A stretch of DNA of 64,000 nt, taken from positions 384,001 through 448,000 of the forward strand of contig JBFWLW010000001.1 of assembly GCA_050251945.1 (NCBI GenBank), in the 5' to 3' direction. The notes under the pieces are model-generated. The model was not told the origin of the DNA, did no database searches, and worked only from the letters and a program-made list of their open reading frames with translations. The stretch comes from Deferribacterales bacterium. Lineage in GTDB: Bacteria; Chrysiogenota; Deferribacteres; Deferribacterales; Geovibrionaceae. Below, one piece after another: positions 47,488-57,271 of this stretch; position 1 is the stretch's first letter, and the number at the start of each line of letters is the position of its first letter. The position numbers were made by a program, and so were the translations under genes.

Positions 47488-48165
47488 TTAGCCCCAGCTA
47501 AGTTTTCCGCCGTTGAATCCTATCACTGCCAGAACCGGCACGTTCAGAAACAGCATAACATTATAGAATATGCCCTCTTCGCCATTGTTCAGCCCCGCGA
47601 AAAATTCTGCGATGCACATGAGAAGCAGAAGAAAAGAGAACGATATCTTCATCATAAAGATTTTATTTCTGGTCAGGTTATAGTTCACCCACCAGCTCAC
47701 GAACCCCGAAACCATTGTCGGCACAAGAAACACCGCAGCAGTCGCGATGGCATAAAAACCAGCGGTGGAAAACGACGGATAGCCTGTGAAATAATAGATT
47801 ATCTGCATTATCACCGCAAAGTTGATAAGTCCCATGGGGAAATGTATCAGCATTGGGTGCGGATGAAATATGCGGTAAAGCGCCCTTACGGTGTCCTTAA
47901 AAGTAACTTCCTGCGGCTGTTTCTTGGTTTCCTTAATGGTCTCTATTTCGCCTGCATGCGCAAAACGTTCCAGAACCTCCGCCCCATGGGGCGCAGCCTT
48001 AAGGGCTTCGGAAAGATCCATTCCGGCAAAGTGTTTTCCGGCATGCTTTCCGTTCTTCCAGAGCTTGCTGTCCGTGACATCATATATTTTTCCTTCGTTG
48101 GATACATAGCTCTTTCGACCGTCTTTTCCGTCAAAATTCTGTAGTTCCTCTTTTTTCACTTTCAT
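47488..48165 (-). CDS. Cytochrome b5-like heme/steroid-binding domain + DUF2231 membrane domain
   Basis: GKIYDVTDSKLWKNGKH...APHG; HPHPMLIHFP. Confidence 0.82.
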   Translation of the reverse strand: MKVKKEELQNFDGKDGRKSYVSNEGKIYDVTDSKLWKNGKHAGKHFAGMDLSEALKAAPHGAEVLERFAHAGEIETIKETKKQPQEVTFKDTVRALYRIFHPHPMLIHFPMGLINFAVIMQIIYYFTGYPSFSTAGFYAIATAAVFLVPTMVSGFVSWWVNYNLTRNKIFMMKISFSFLLLLMCIAEFFAGLNNGEEGIFYNVMLFLNVPVLAVIGFNGGKLSWG

Positions 48166-48273
48166 CTCCGGAAAAATTTGGTTAATATCTGAATCTAGTA
48201 TACATGATAAACACTTTCAAGTCTTAACTGGATAGTGTTTTTTATTGCTAAATTGATAAATAACGGTAACTAT

Positions 48274-49041
48274 ATGATAAAAATAAGAATAACCTTCGTA
48301 TTAACCATATTCCTAATGTACGCTTGCTCAATAGCCGCCCCAAGTTTCACAGATACACCCGAAACTATAAACTTAAACCAGATGAACAGAAGACTCAAGG
48401 CAATGCAATACACCATACAGGCGGGTGCATTCGGTGATGTTAATAACGCTAAGCGGCTTGAGGCAAAGCTTGACGCAAACGGTCTGGATTCTTACCACTT
48501 CCTTGACAAAGACGGGCTTTACAAAGTGCGTTTCGGCAACTTCGCAGGACGTACGGAAGCAGTGGCAACCGCCAAACGTCTCCAGAGGAACGGTTATATT
48601 GACGTTTTCTACGTTGTCGCTCCCGACGAATACGAGGCGGCAAAACCTGAATACCTCGGCGACGTATCCGGTCTTCGCAAGGCAATAGTCGAAACTGCAA
48701 TGCGTTACATCGGCGTACCTTACGAATGGGGCGGAGTATCCGATGCCGGATTCGACTGCAGTGGTCTCACCATGGCTGTTTACAGACTGAACGGACTTGA
48801 CCTGCCCAGAGTTTCCCACCAGCAGTTTGAAGAGGGAACCTACGTCAGCAAAGACGAACTCCAGCCCGGCGACCTTGTTTTCTTCGACACAAGACGTCTC
48901 GGCAGAGTATCACACGTCGGCATATATATCGGTGACGGCAAATTCGTACACGCACCCAGCAGCGGAAAGCATGTGCGGGTTGAACGTCTCGACCTCGATT
49001 ATTTCGTGAGATCATACAGAGGCGGCAGAAGCTACTTCTAG
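48274..49041 (+). CDS. SPOR + NlpC/P60 peptidoglycan endopeptidase
   Basis: IQAGAF SPOR motif; YIGVPYEWGG...FDCSG and HVGIY motifs. Confidence 0.9.
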   Translation: MIKIRITFVLTIFLMYACSIAAPSFTDTPETINLNQMNRRLKAMQYTIQAGAFGDVNNAKRLEAKLDANGLDSYHFLDKDGLYKVRFGNFAGRTEAVATAKRLQRNGYIDVFYVVAPDEYEAAKPEYLGDVSGLRKAIVETAMRYIGVPYEWGGVSDAGFDCSGLTMAVYRLNGLDLPRVSHQQFEEGTYVSKDELQPGDLVFFDTRRLGRVSHVGIYIGDGKFVHAPSSGKHVRVERLDLDYFVRSYRGGRSYF

Positions 49042-49979
49042 GCAAGAACCTTCATAAAGAAAGCTATCCAGAGCGGTATCGTAAACAGACTGACAAGGGT
49101 TGTTGTAAATATTGTCTGGGCGGCAGTTTCAACGTCGCCGCCGAAATATTTGACGATAACAATACTCAGCATCCCCGCAGGCATAGACGCCTGAACGGCG
49201 GTTATCATCTTTAGCTCGTGTGAAACGGGCAGAATCATCACAGTAAAAACCATAACGGCTGGAATGACGAACATCCGCAGAAGAACCGCACCCAGAGAGA
49301 CCTTCCATCCGCCTTTTTTCACCAGCGCAGACGCTGTTTCGGCAAGGGTTGCACCGCTGACAAACAGACCTATCGGTATCGCGGCAGCAACTATAGGGTG
49401 TATCGCGGTCTTAAGCCACTGCGGCATTACGGATGCTCCGAAGATAAAATTCACAGCCAGTGACGCAAAAATAGCTATCAGAGGCGGATTTTTCAGAAGT
49501 GCTTTCATATTTTTTATGGAGAAACCGGTGAGCATTCCGATACCGACTGACCAGTAAGCAGTATCAATCCCTATGTTATGCACCAAAAGAAGCCCCACAG
49601 CGCTCTTTCCAAGCAGAAACTCAGTGAGCGGGATAGAGATGAAACCGTAATTGTAAATTCCCACGGTAAATGCAAAAGAGACCTTTGAATCCCTGCCCTC
49701 CACACCGAAATATTTTGCAGTAAGAAGTGAAACTATATATCCGGCAACTATGCCGTAAAAAGCCACCAGCGGGGCGGAAATTACGTTACCAATGTCGTTC
49801 AGCACTTCGTTGCCCACAACATAGTTAACTATCAGCACCGGAACCAGAAAGTTAATATAGACTTTGAGAATTATTTTTTCGGGTTTGCCCCTTGTCAGCC
49901 CTATGCGGTTTGCCGCGCCGCCCAGAACAGCGAACGCCATATAAGGCAGAAGCACCGCAAAAATACCGGAATAGGTCAT
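49038..49979 (-). CDS. AEC-family transporter
   Basis: NYGFISIPL, NPPLIA and SMPAG motifs. Confidence 0.85.
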   Translation of the reverse strand: MTYSGIFAVLLPYMAFAVLGGAANRIGLTRGKPEKIILKVYINFLVPVLIVNYVVGNEVLNDIGNVISAPLVAFYGIVAGYIVSLLTAKYFGVEGRDSKVSFAFTVGIYNYGFISIPLTEFLLGKSAVGLLLVHNIGIDTAYWSVGIGMLTGFSIKNMKALLKNPPLIAIFASLAVNFIFGASVMPQWLKTAIHPIVAAAIPIGLFVSGATLAETASALVKKGGWKVSLGAVLLRMFVIPAVMVFTVMILPVSHELKMITAVQASMPAGMLSIVIVKYFGGDVETAAQTIFTTTLVSLFTIPLWIAFFMKVLA

Positions 49980-50011
49980 TGTATATCCCTGTGATAAAAA
50001 AAGCTCTCCGT

Positions 50012-50154
50012 CAGACTGATGACAAAGTCAGTAAAATGCGAGATCGCGTCGTCGCACGCGCTCCTCGCGAAGACAAAAAAAAGCGTCTCTGCGAGAGTTT
50101 TAACCCGAAGCAGTCCAATGTGAGCCTGTGTAAATTTAGTTTGTCAACAAGCTG
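50012..50154 (+). mobile_element. MITE-like element (143 bp), first of a tandem pair
   Basis: Ends CAGACTGATGACAAA / TTTGTCAACAAGCTG; interior very similar to the 7587 copy. Confidence 0.8.
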
Positions 50155-50173
50155 GTTCTCCGTCAGGGGAGTT

Positions 50174-50294
50174 CAGATTGATGACAAAATCGAAAAAAGA
50201 CCAGATCGCCGCGCCGCGCGAAGACGAAAAAAGCGTCTTTGCGAGGACTGAAAGGACGAAGCAATCTAATCAATATAAATTCGCCGGCAAACTG
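50174..50294 (+). mobile_element. Degenerate MITE-like element, second of the tandem pair
   Basis: Left end CAGATTGATGACAAA, decayed right end TTCGCCGGCAAACTG; TCTCCGTCAG occurs before, between and after the pair. Confidence 0.65.
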
Positions 50295-50326
50295 TTCTCT
50301 CCGTCAGAAAAGCCTTATCAGAATTT

Positions 50327-50704
50327 TTATTTAACGCAGATGCACTCTATCTCTATTAGAACGTCTTTGGGAAGCCGCGCCACCTCTACGACTGCTCTCG
50401 CCGGTCTGTGGTCACCCATAAAATCCGCGTATATTTCGTTTATGGATCCGAAATCATCCATGTTCTTTATGAATATAGTGACTTTCGCAATACTCTTTTT
50501 GCCGAAACCCGCGTCCTCAACAACCGAAAGAAGGCTTTCGATAGACCTTTTCGATTGTTCTTTGATGCCGCCTTCAACAACCTTCATTGTCTCCGGATCA
50601 AGCGGAATCTGTCCTGAAACAAAAAGCATATTGCCTGTAACTATAGACTGACTGTAAGGTCCGATGGCTGACGGCGCTCTGTCTGTCTGAAATGGCATGT
50701 TCAT
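50327..50704 (-). CDS. ridA: RidA/YjgF-family enamine deaminase
   Basis: APSAIGPYSQ, SGQIP and RPARAVVEVARLP motifs. Confidence 0.9.
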   Translation of the reverse strand: MNMPFQTDRAPSAIGPYSQSIVTGNMLFVSGQIPLDPETMKVVEGGIKEQSKRSIESLLSVVEDAGFGKKSIAKVTIFIKNMDDFGSINEIYADFMGDHRPARAVVEVARLPKDVLIEIECICVK

Positions 50705-51375
50705 ATTCTAAGCCCCCTTATAACTGTCCATGACATATAATATTTCTGTTCCTCTCTCAAAGACTCGAAGAACATCTCATGTTCGGTCTCGTTCTTAAAA
50801 AGGTACCGGTTAAAGGTTTCACTGCCGAAAAGTGACTGTATCTCACTGACGGATGCATCGGTTATAAGCTCTTCTGTCTTTATATTCATGAAAAGATTAT
50901 GCACGGAGTTGCTGACTGTCATTGCCCATCTTGAAAGCTTATCTTTTATAGGCATCTGCGCGGCATCAGAAAGCATGGCGAGTACGTCCCTCCCCTGCGA
51001 ATCATATATCTTCGGATAGACAGAAAGCACAAGCCTGCCGCCGACGTTCAGAGAACCATGCAGTGCGTATACAACGTCGTGTATCGGCTGGAACATGAAC
51101 GTTCCTCCGAGTGAAATATGCGTATCAGCTCTCATGCGGCGCATTGTCTGTGCGACAGACATATCAACTTTGAGAGGTACAATTTCTTCCGGTACGCCGG
51201 ACATATCGTATGTCAGCGCATACACCGCATCGTATATGTTTTTGTCATGGAGGTACTTTGCTGTAATAAAATTGTTAAATGACGATTCGCATACCTTTCC
51301 GCCGGACTTCAGAGACAGCCCGTCGAGGAGTTTATAATAAATTATCTGTAAATCTTCAGTCTGTCTTCTGTTCAA
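50701..51375 (-). CDS. Hypothetical protein, possibly a degenerate methyltransferase fold
   Basis: Long ORF overlapping ridA by 4 nt; LNVGGRLVL resembles methyltransferase motif III; no clear motif I. Confidence 0.55.
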   Translation of the reverse strand: MNRRQTEDLQIIYYKLLDGLSLKSGGKVCESSFNNFITAKYLHDKNIYDAVYALTYDMSGVPEEIVPLKVDMSVAQTMRRMRADTHISLGGTFMFQPIHDVVYALHGSLNVGGRLVLSVYPKIYDSQGRDVLAMLSDAAQMPIKDKLSRWAMTVSNSVHNLFMNIKTEELITDASVSEIQSLFGSETFNRYLFKNETEHEMFFESLREEQKYYMSWTVIRGLRI

Positions 51376-51496
51376 GTCATTACCTTTTTATTTACATGCT
51401 TCTGATTATCGTATATTGTTATAAGTGTTTGCGTGTGGCTAACAATATACTCTCATTTTTTAAATCGACAACTCAAATTTTACGGGGATTCTTCGG

Positions 51497-52471
51497 ATGA
51501 ATATTAACGATGTACTGGCACTTGTGGCAAATGAAAGGGATGCTGTTGAGAAAGAACTGATAGCCAATCTCGATTCAGATGTAAAGATGGTGAACGAGGT
51601 TGCGGCATATGTTTTCGAGAGCGGCGGCAAAAGACTCCGCCCCGTGTTTCTCATCCTTTCCGCCATGATGTGCGGATACAAAGGACAGCGCACGGCAACT
51701 CTGTCGGGTGTCGTTGAGTATATCCACACGGCGACCCTTCTGCACGACGACGTTATCGACGGTGCGAAATACCGCCGCGGAAAAGAGAGCGCAAACCGGA
51801 TATTCGGAAACGACATAGCTGTGCTTTGCGGTGACTTCCTTTACTCCCGCGCATTCATGACTCTGGTTAAAGACGGTGACAGCCGGATCCAGATGCTTCT
51901 TGCCGTCGCCGCCAGAACAATGAGCGAAGGCGAAGTCTTCCAGCTTGTCAAAACTGCCGACGTTAAAATTAAATTTGAAGAATATCTCAAAATAATAAAC
52001 TCGAAAACAGCCGTACTCTTCTCTGCATGCTGCGAAACCGGGGCAATCCTCGGAGAGCAAAACGAAGAACATCAGGCGGCAATGAAAGACTACGGAACAA
52101 AACTCGGTATCGCTTTTCAGATGGCGGACGATATACTCGACTATCTCGGCGATCCGGAGAAAACGGGTAAAAAACCCGGCACCGACCTTAACGAAGGCAA
52201 GATAACCCTGCCCGTTCTCAAACTGCTGGAAGCTTCCACAGAAGCCGAACAGAAACGTATCCGCGAAATAATCGTTGACGAAAAGGCAACTGACGAAAAT
52301 CTGAACTATATACTTGGACTTATGAAGCAATACGACGTGAAAAAACGTTCCGGGGCTGTTGTCGACAAATACATAGATGCCGCAAAAGCAAATCTGAAAC
52401 TCTTCCCCGCTTCGCCATACCGCGACGCTCTGGATTTCCTTGCGGACTATATGGTCTCCAGAGAAAAATAG
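51497..52471 (+). CDS. Polyprenyl diphosphate synthase (IspB/HepT-like)
   Basis: GGKRLRP, HDDVID...RRG and FQMADDILD motifs. Confidence 0.93.
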   Translation: MNINDVLALVANERDAVEKELIANLDSDVKMVNEVAAYVFESGGKRLRPVFLILSAMMCGYKGQRTATLSGVVEYIHTATLLHDDVIDGAKYRRGKESANRIFGNDIAVLCGDFLYSRAFMTLVKDGDSRIQMLLAVAARTMSEGEVFQLVKTADVKIKFEEYLKIINSKTAVLFSACCETGAILGEQNEEHQAAMKDYGTKLGIAFQMADDILDYLGDPEKTGKKPGTDLNEGKITLPVLKLLEASTEAEQKRIREIIVDEKATDENLNYILGLMKQYDVKKRSGAVVDKYIDAAKANLKLFPASPYRDALDFLADYMVSREK

Positions 52472-52473
52472 CC

Positions 52474-53451
52474 ATGGACGCAAAGTTTTGGCGTGCTGAA
52501 AAAGATCAGTGTGTCAGATGCGTCCTTTGCCCCCATGCATGCCTGATAGAACCGGGCGGACACGGCAAATGCCTCATAAGAAAGAACATCGACGGAGTGC
52601 TGATAGCCTCTGCATACGGAAAGGTTTCATCAGGCGCTGTTGACCCCATCGAAAAAAAACCTCTCTATCACTTTCATCCGGGTTCAAATATCCTTTCCGT
52701 GGGTTTCAACGGATGCAACATGTCTTGTCTGTTTTGCCAGAACTGGCAGATAAGCACGCAGGAAACGGCAACACAGGACACTTCCCCGATGGAGCTGCTC
52801 CACACCGCGCGCAGGTCTTTCAGCATAGGCATAGCATACACATACAACGAACCGCTTACCAATTTTGAATTCGTGCTGGACTGCGCAAAGGAATTCAGGG
52901 AATCGGGATTCAAAAACGTTATAGTCTCAAACGGCATGATAAACCCTGAACCGCTGAGCGAACTGATTCCGTACATTGATGCCGCGAACATTGACCTGAA
53001 AGGATTCACCGAAGACTATTACCGTGAACACGGCGGAAATCTGAATGCCGTGAAACATACGATAGAGGCACTTTTCAAAGGCGGCGTGCATGTCGAGCTT
53101 ACCAATCTTCTTATTCCGCAGAAAAACGGAAACGAAGCAGATTTTGAGAACATGTGCAGGTTCATATCAGGATTGAGCAGGGATATCCCTTTGCATATAT
53201 CAGGATATTTCCCGCAGTATAAATATGACTTTCCGCCAACGTCAAACAATGCATTGACCGATTTTGCAAAAAAGGCTAAAAATTATCTTAACTACATATA
53301 TATAGGCAACAAAGCCGGATGCGGATTCACCGATACGACATGTCCCGAATGCGGACAGCTGCTCATCAAACGCAGCGGCTTCAAAACCCAGTGCCTCACG
53401 GATGAAAATAAATGCCCAAACTGCTCGCAAGGATTTTATGCTGTTTTCTGA
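52474..53451 (+). CDS. amrS: AmmeMemoRadiSam system radical SAM enzyme
   Basis: CVLCPHAC, DPIEKKPLYHFHPG, CNMSCLFCQNWQIS and YTYNEP motifs. Confidence 0.9.
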   Translation: MDAKFWRAEKDQCVRCVLCPHACLIEPGGHGKCLIRKNIDGVLIASAYGKVSSGAVDPIEKKPLYHFHPGSNILSVGFNGCNMSCLFCQNWQISTQETATQDTSPMELLHTARRSFSIGIAYTYNEPLTNFEFVLDCAKEFRESGFKNVIVSNGMINPEPLSELIPYIDAANIDLKGFTEDYYREHGGNLNAVKHTIEALFKGGVHVELTNLLIPQKNGNEADFENMCRFISGLSRDIPLHISGYFPQYKYDFPPTSNNALTDFAKKAKNYLNYIYIGNKAGCGFTDTTCPECGQLLIKRSGFKTQCLTDENKCPNCSQGFYAVF

Positions 53452-54320
53452 TATTCGCTCTTTACGGATGTAAAGAATCCTATAAGACCGAGCAATTCTA
53501 TGCGATGGGTACATTCGTTTCCATAACGGTTCCGGAAGATGACGCCGACGTTATTGTCGACGCGCGAAGCAAGATAACGGCTCTTGAAGCAGCCGTTAAA
53601 GTAGATACCGAAAAATTCAACAAAAATCCCAGATACAAACCAAGGCTTGCCATTTCGGAACTCATCAGCAGAGGAAAAGCATACGAGCTTATCACCGATG
53701 GCAGGTTCAGCATATATTCGGCAACGGTGTCAAAACTATACGGATTTCCGGAAGGCGCATACAGAGTGCCGGAACAGGCTGAGATTGACATGGCACTTGA
53801 CAACATCAGCCGCGGAACTAACATAACGATGGATCTGGGCGCATATGCAAAAGGATGGATAGTTGACGAGGCGATAAACGAAATAAGGGATGCCGGTGTT
53901 AAGACAGCTATGGTGAACGCAGGGGGCGACCTTTTTGCACTGGGCAAACGACCCGACAGAGACTGGCGCATTGCCATACAGGATCCCAAGAACAACAGAG
54001 ACTATATCTCCATAATAAATCTAGAGAATATGGCTGTGGCAACCAGCGGCGACTATGAAAGATTTTTCAAGGCGCAGGACGGCAGAACCATATTCCACAT
54101 TTTTGACGCGACAACAGGGCAAAATCCTGAATATTACCATAGCGTAAGCGTTATTGCCCCCACAACGGAGGAAGCGGACGGGCTTTCAACTGCATTTTTT
54201 CTTATCAATCCGGCGGAGGTGCGGGCGAAATGCAAAAAACTCAACACTCCAGTGCTTCTTTACACAGTAAACGGCAATATTATGAAGCTCTGCGGATGGG
54301 AAAAATTTGAAAAAAAGTAA
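53412..54320 (+). CDS. apbE: FAD:protein FMN transferase (lipoprotein)
   Basis: Lipobox LYGC; AMGT, DLGAYAKG, NAGGD, ATSGDYER, HIFD and ADGLSTA motifs. Confidence 0.92.
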   Translation: MPKLLARILCCFLIFALYGCKESYKTEQFYAMGTFVSITVPEDDADVIVDARSKITALEAAVKVDTEKFNKNPRYKPRLAISELISRGKAYELITDGRFSIYSATVSKLYGFPEGAYRVPEQAEIDMALDNISRGTNITMDLGAYAKGWIVDEAINEIRDAGVKTAMVNAGGDLFALGKRPDRDWRIAIQDPKNNRDYISIINLENMAVATSGDYERFFKAQDGRTIFHIFDATTGQNPEYYHSVSVIAPTTEEADGLSTAFFLINPAEVRAKCKKLNTPVLLYTVNGNIMKLCGWEKFEKK

Positions 54321-54651
54321 GTTTGATCTCCTCATAATCGCAGTTCTTGCAGCCGCATCGCTCTTTTTCATGCTGGACGTGCAGTCCGGTGAAAAACGTC
54401 TTTATCTCATTGACAAAAATACGAAAGAAGAAATTAAGCTGGAGAACAGGGATATATCGCTGGACAACGGACACGTTATCATACAGGTGACGTCCGAAGG
54501 AGCAAGATTTCTGGAATCCGACTGTCCGAACAAGATATGCATCAAACAGGGATGGGTAAAAAACTGCGGCGACACAGCCGTGTGCGTGCCCAAACACCTT
54601 GCGCTTGTTATGGAGTGCAAAGAGCAGGATTATGACGCCATCTCCCAATAA
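54307..54651 (+). CDS. NusG domain II-containing exported protein
   Basis: SDCPNKICIKQGWV...CVP motif. Confidence 0.85.
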   Translation: MKKSKFDLLIIAVLAAASLFFMLDVQSGEKRLYLIDKNTKEEIKLENRDISLDNGHVIIQVTSEGARFLESDCPNKICIKQGWVKNCGDTAVCVPKHLALVMECKEQDYDAISQ

Positions 54652-55168
54652 CCACAGCAGACTTGCCATGACAGGGCTTTTCGCGGCGTTCACGGTTGCG
54701 CTGGGCGTACTGGAATCGTTTATCGCTCTGCCTGTTCCAGGTGTACGCATCGGGCTTTCAAACGTAGGAATAATGCTCTGTCTCTATCTGATAGACTTTC
54801 CCGCAGCTATGTACGTCGCCGTAACCAAATCAATTCTGGTTCCGCTTCTCACGGGGAATCTGATAGTTAAGATGTCCATCGCCCTGCCCTCCACTCTGGC
54901 GGCAACAGCGGTTATGGGTCTTGCCGTGCTTTTAATGCGCAGATTCACCACTCCGCTTTCCGTAGGCGCTCTGGGGGCTGTTGCGCACATATGCACCCAG
55001 TTCTTTGTGGTAAAAAATCTTTACATAAAGGCGGATGCGATTTATAACCTATTACCTTATTTTTGCTTTTTCTCCGTGCTGACAGGTGTTCTGACAGGAT
55101 ACATCACGCGGATAATAATAAACAACATTCGAGAGGATCAAAGGTGCATCTCATGTTTCAAAAAATAA
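54632..55168 (+). CDS. Gx transporter family / heptaprenyl diphosphate synthase component I-like membrane protein
   Basis: LESFIALPVPGVRIGLSN and GAVAH motifs; follows NusG-II. Confidence 0.85.
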   Translation: MTPSPNNHSRLAMTGLFAAFTVALGVLESFIALPVPGVRIGLSNVGIMLCLYLIDFPAAMYVAVTKSILVPLLTGNLIVKMSIALPSTLAATAVMGLAVLLMRRFTTPLSVGALGAVAHICTQFFVVKNLYIKADAIYNLLPYFCFFSVLTGVLTGYITRIIINNIREDQRCISCFKK

Positions 55169-55746
55169 TTCTCGCAAGCGGCTCGCCCAGACGAAGAGAG
55201 CTTATGACAAGGCTCGGTATCAATTTTCAGTACGTAACTTCCACAGCGAAAGAGGATATGAACCCCGAAATACCCGTGGGTGAACTCACGATAAAAAACG
55301 CGGCTATGAAGGGATACGACGTTGCAAACATATACGACGAAGCATTCATCATCGCAGCAGACACAATAGTTTCATGCGAAGGGCGTATCTTCGGCAAACC
55401 CAAATGCGAAGACGACATATACGACGCACTGCGTTTTCTATGCGGGAAAAAACATCAGGTGACCACAGGTGTCGCCATCATAAACAAACGCGCCGGAGTC
55501 TGTGAAAGATTCTACCGCACAACGGACGTTTATTTCAAAAATTACAGCGATTCCTTCATCAAATGGTACATCGCAACGGAAGAACCTATGGATAAAGCAG
55601 GTTCTTATGCAGTTCAGGGCAAAGGATGTCTCATGGTTGAAAAGGTTGACGGCTGTTATGACAATGTTGTGGGACTGCCCGTATCCGAGCTTTTTGAGAG
55701 GCTCATCAAATTCGGTGTCAGACCCGGAGGACTTAATGCCTATTAA
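55153..55746 (+). CDS. maf: Maf-family nucleotide pyrophosphatase
   Basis: ILASGSPRRRELM, ADTIV, DKAGSY and NVVGLP motifs. Confidence 0.92.
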   Translation: MFQKIILASGSPRRRELMTRLGINFQYVTSTAKEDMNPEIPVGELTIKNAAMKGYDVANIYDEAFIIAADTIVSCEGRIFGKPKCEDDIYDALRFLCGKKHQVTTGVAIINKRAGVCERFYRTTDVYFKNYSDSFIKWYIATEEPMDKAGSYAVQGKGCLMVEKVDGCYDNVVGLPVSELFERLIKFGVRPGGLNAY

Positions 55747-57271
55747 TCTGGTTCATGAAACACTCGAAACACATGCCGCCGAAAGGGGCGGCAAAAAGTA
55801 TCTTACGTTCGGAAAAGAAAAATTCAGCTACAGAGAAATCAACTCAAAGGCGCAGAAACTGGCAAACCTGCTCCACACGCGCGGATTTCAGAAGGGAGAC
55901 CGCATTTGCCTCATGCTTGAGAACAGCCCCGAATTTTTCATCAGTTTTTTCGGCATCCTTAAAGCCGGATGCATCTGTATTCCTATCAACACCTTTTTCA
56001 TCCGCGAAGAGGTGGCATACATCATCAACGATTCCGAAGCAAAGCTTTTTATAACCTCAGCGGATTTTACAGAAGTTGCAGATGCAATATCGCAGAAATG
56101 CCCCACCCTTAAAACGGTCATGACATACGAAAACACAAAGTTCATGTCGGAAAACATTTACAAGCTCATAAACAAAATGACCGACACCAAAATGAAAATT
56201 CAGATGACTGAAGACGATCTTGCCGTTTTCGTATATTCGTCAGGTACAACCGGACACCCGAAAGGCGCCATGCTCACACATAAGAACATGGTGGCGAACG
56301 CATATGCCTGCCTTGAGCGCTTTCATGTCACATACAACGACGTTTTTCTTCTGTTTTTGCCCTCTTTCCATTCATACGCACTTATGACATGCATACTTCT
56401 CCCCACCTATGTGGGTTCATCCATAATAATCCTCGGCAGTGTGAACGATCTTAAAAAGAAATCGTTCCGCAATATCCTGCTGTTCCAGCGTCCGACGTTC
56501 TTCCTGGGCGTTCCGCAGGTATACACAGCGCTCATCAGAGCAAAAATGCCCGCATGGTTCATAAAATTCTTTTACCCCATTAAACTGCATGTCAGCGGTG
56601 GCGCTCCGCTCCCCGAAGAGACGCTGGTAAAATTCAGAGAGAAGTTCAGACACCCTATTATAGAGGGCTACGGACTCTCGGAAGCATCTCCTGTCGTCAG
56701 TGCGAACAGGCTGAACTATCAGAAACCAATGTCCGTCGGACCGGCTCTTGACGGTGTAGAGGTTAAAGTTGTGAACGAAAACGAAGTGGAACTTGCCGCC
56801 GGCGAGGTCGGCGAGCTTATCGTTAAAGGTCCCAACGTCATGAAGGGATACTGGAATATGCCCGGTCTGACCGATATGACGCTTCGCAACGGATGGCTCT
56901 TCACGGGCGACCTTGCAAAGATAGACGAGGACGGCTTCATCTATATAGTCGACCGCAAAAAAGACCTCATAATCGTAAAGGGAATCAACGTTTATCCGCG
57001 CGAGATAGAAGAACACCTGCACAAACACCCCAGTGTTGATGCTGCCGCCGTAATAGGGCTTCCCGACCGGAAAAGCGGTGAGATACCCGTTGCATACATA
57101 AAACCGAAAGCCGGAATGAACATCTCTGAAAAAGAGATAAAAGGCTATCTTCGTCAGTATCTTGCACATTTCAAAATCCCCAAGCAGGTACAGGAATGTC
57201 ACGATATGCCCATGACCGCCACCGGAAAGGTTCTTAAAAGGGAGCTGAAAAGAAGAGTTCTCGGAATATGA
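55736..57271 (+). CDS. Long-chain fatty-acid--CoA ligase
   Basis: YSSGTTGHPKG, EGYGLSE, TGD and GKVLK motifs; GGAGG RBS before ATG 55736. Confidence 0.9.
   Translation: MPINLVHETLETHAAERGGKKYLTFGKEKFSYREINSKAQKLANLLHTRGFQKGDRICLMLENSPEFFISFFGILKAGCICIPINTFFIREEVAYIINDSEAKLFITSADFTEVADAISQKCPTLKTVMTYENTKFMSENIYKLINKMTDTKMKIQMTEDDLAVFVYSSGTTGHPKGAMLTHKNMVANAYACLERFHVTYNDVFLLFLPSFHSYALMTCILLPTYVGSSIIILGSVNDLKKKSFRNILLFQRPTFFLGVPQVYTALIRAKMPAWFIKFFYPIKLHVSGGAPLPEETLVKFREKFRHPIIEGYGLSEASPVVSANRLNYQKPMSVGPALDGVEVKVVNENEVELAAGEVGELIVKGPNVMKGYWNMPGLTDMTLRNGWLFTGDLAKIDEDGFIYIVDRKKDLIIVKGINVYPREIEEHLHKHPSVDAAAVIGLPDRKSGEIPVAYIKPKAGMNISEKEIKGYLRQYLAHFKIPKQVQECHDMPMTATGKVLKRELKRRVLGI

Noticed and set aside
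49892..50651. ORFs 49892..50251 and 50178..50651, and similar 2980..3270, 41023..41439, 41294..41578, 59245..59634
   Set aside because: Read-through of REP/MITE DNA or antisense to real genes; IARSAATRQS-like text is just the translated repeat
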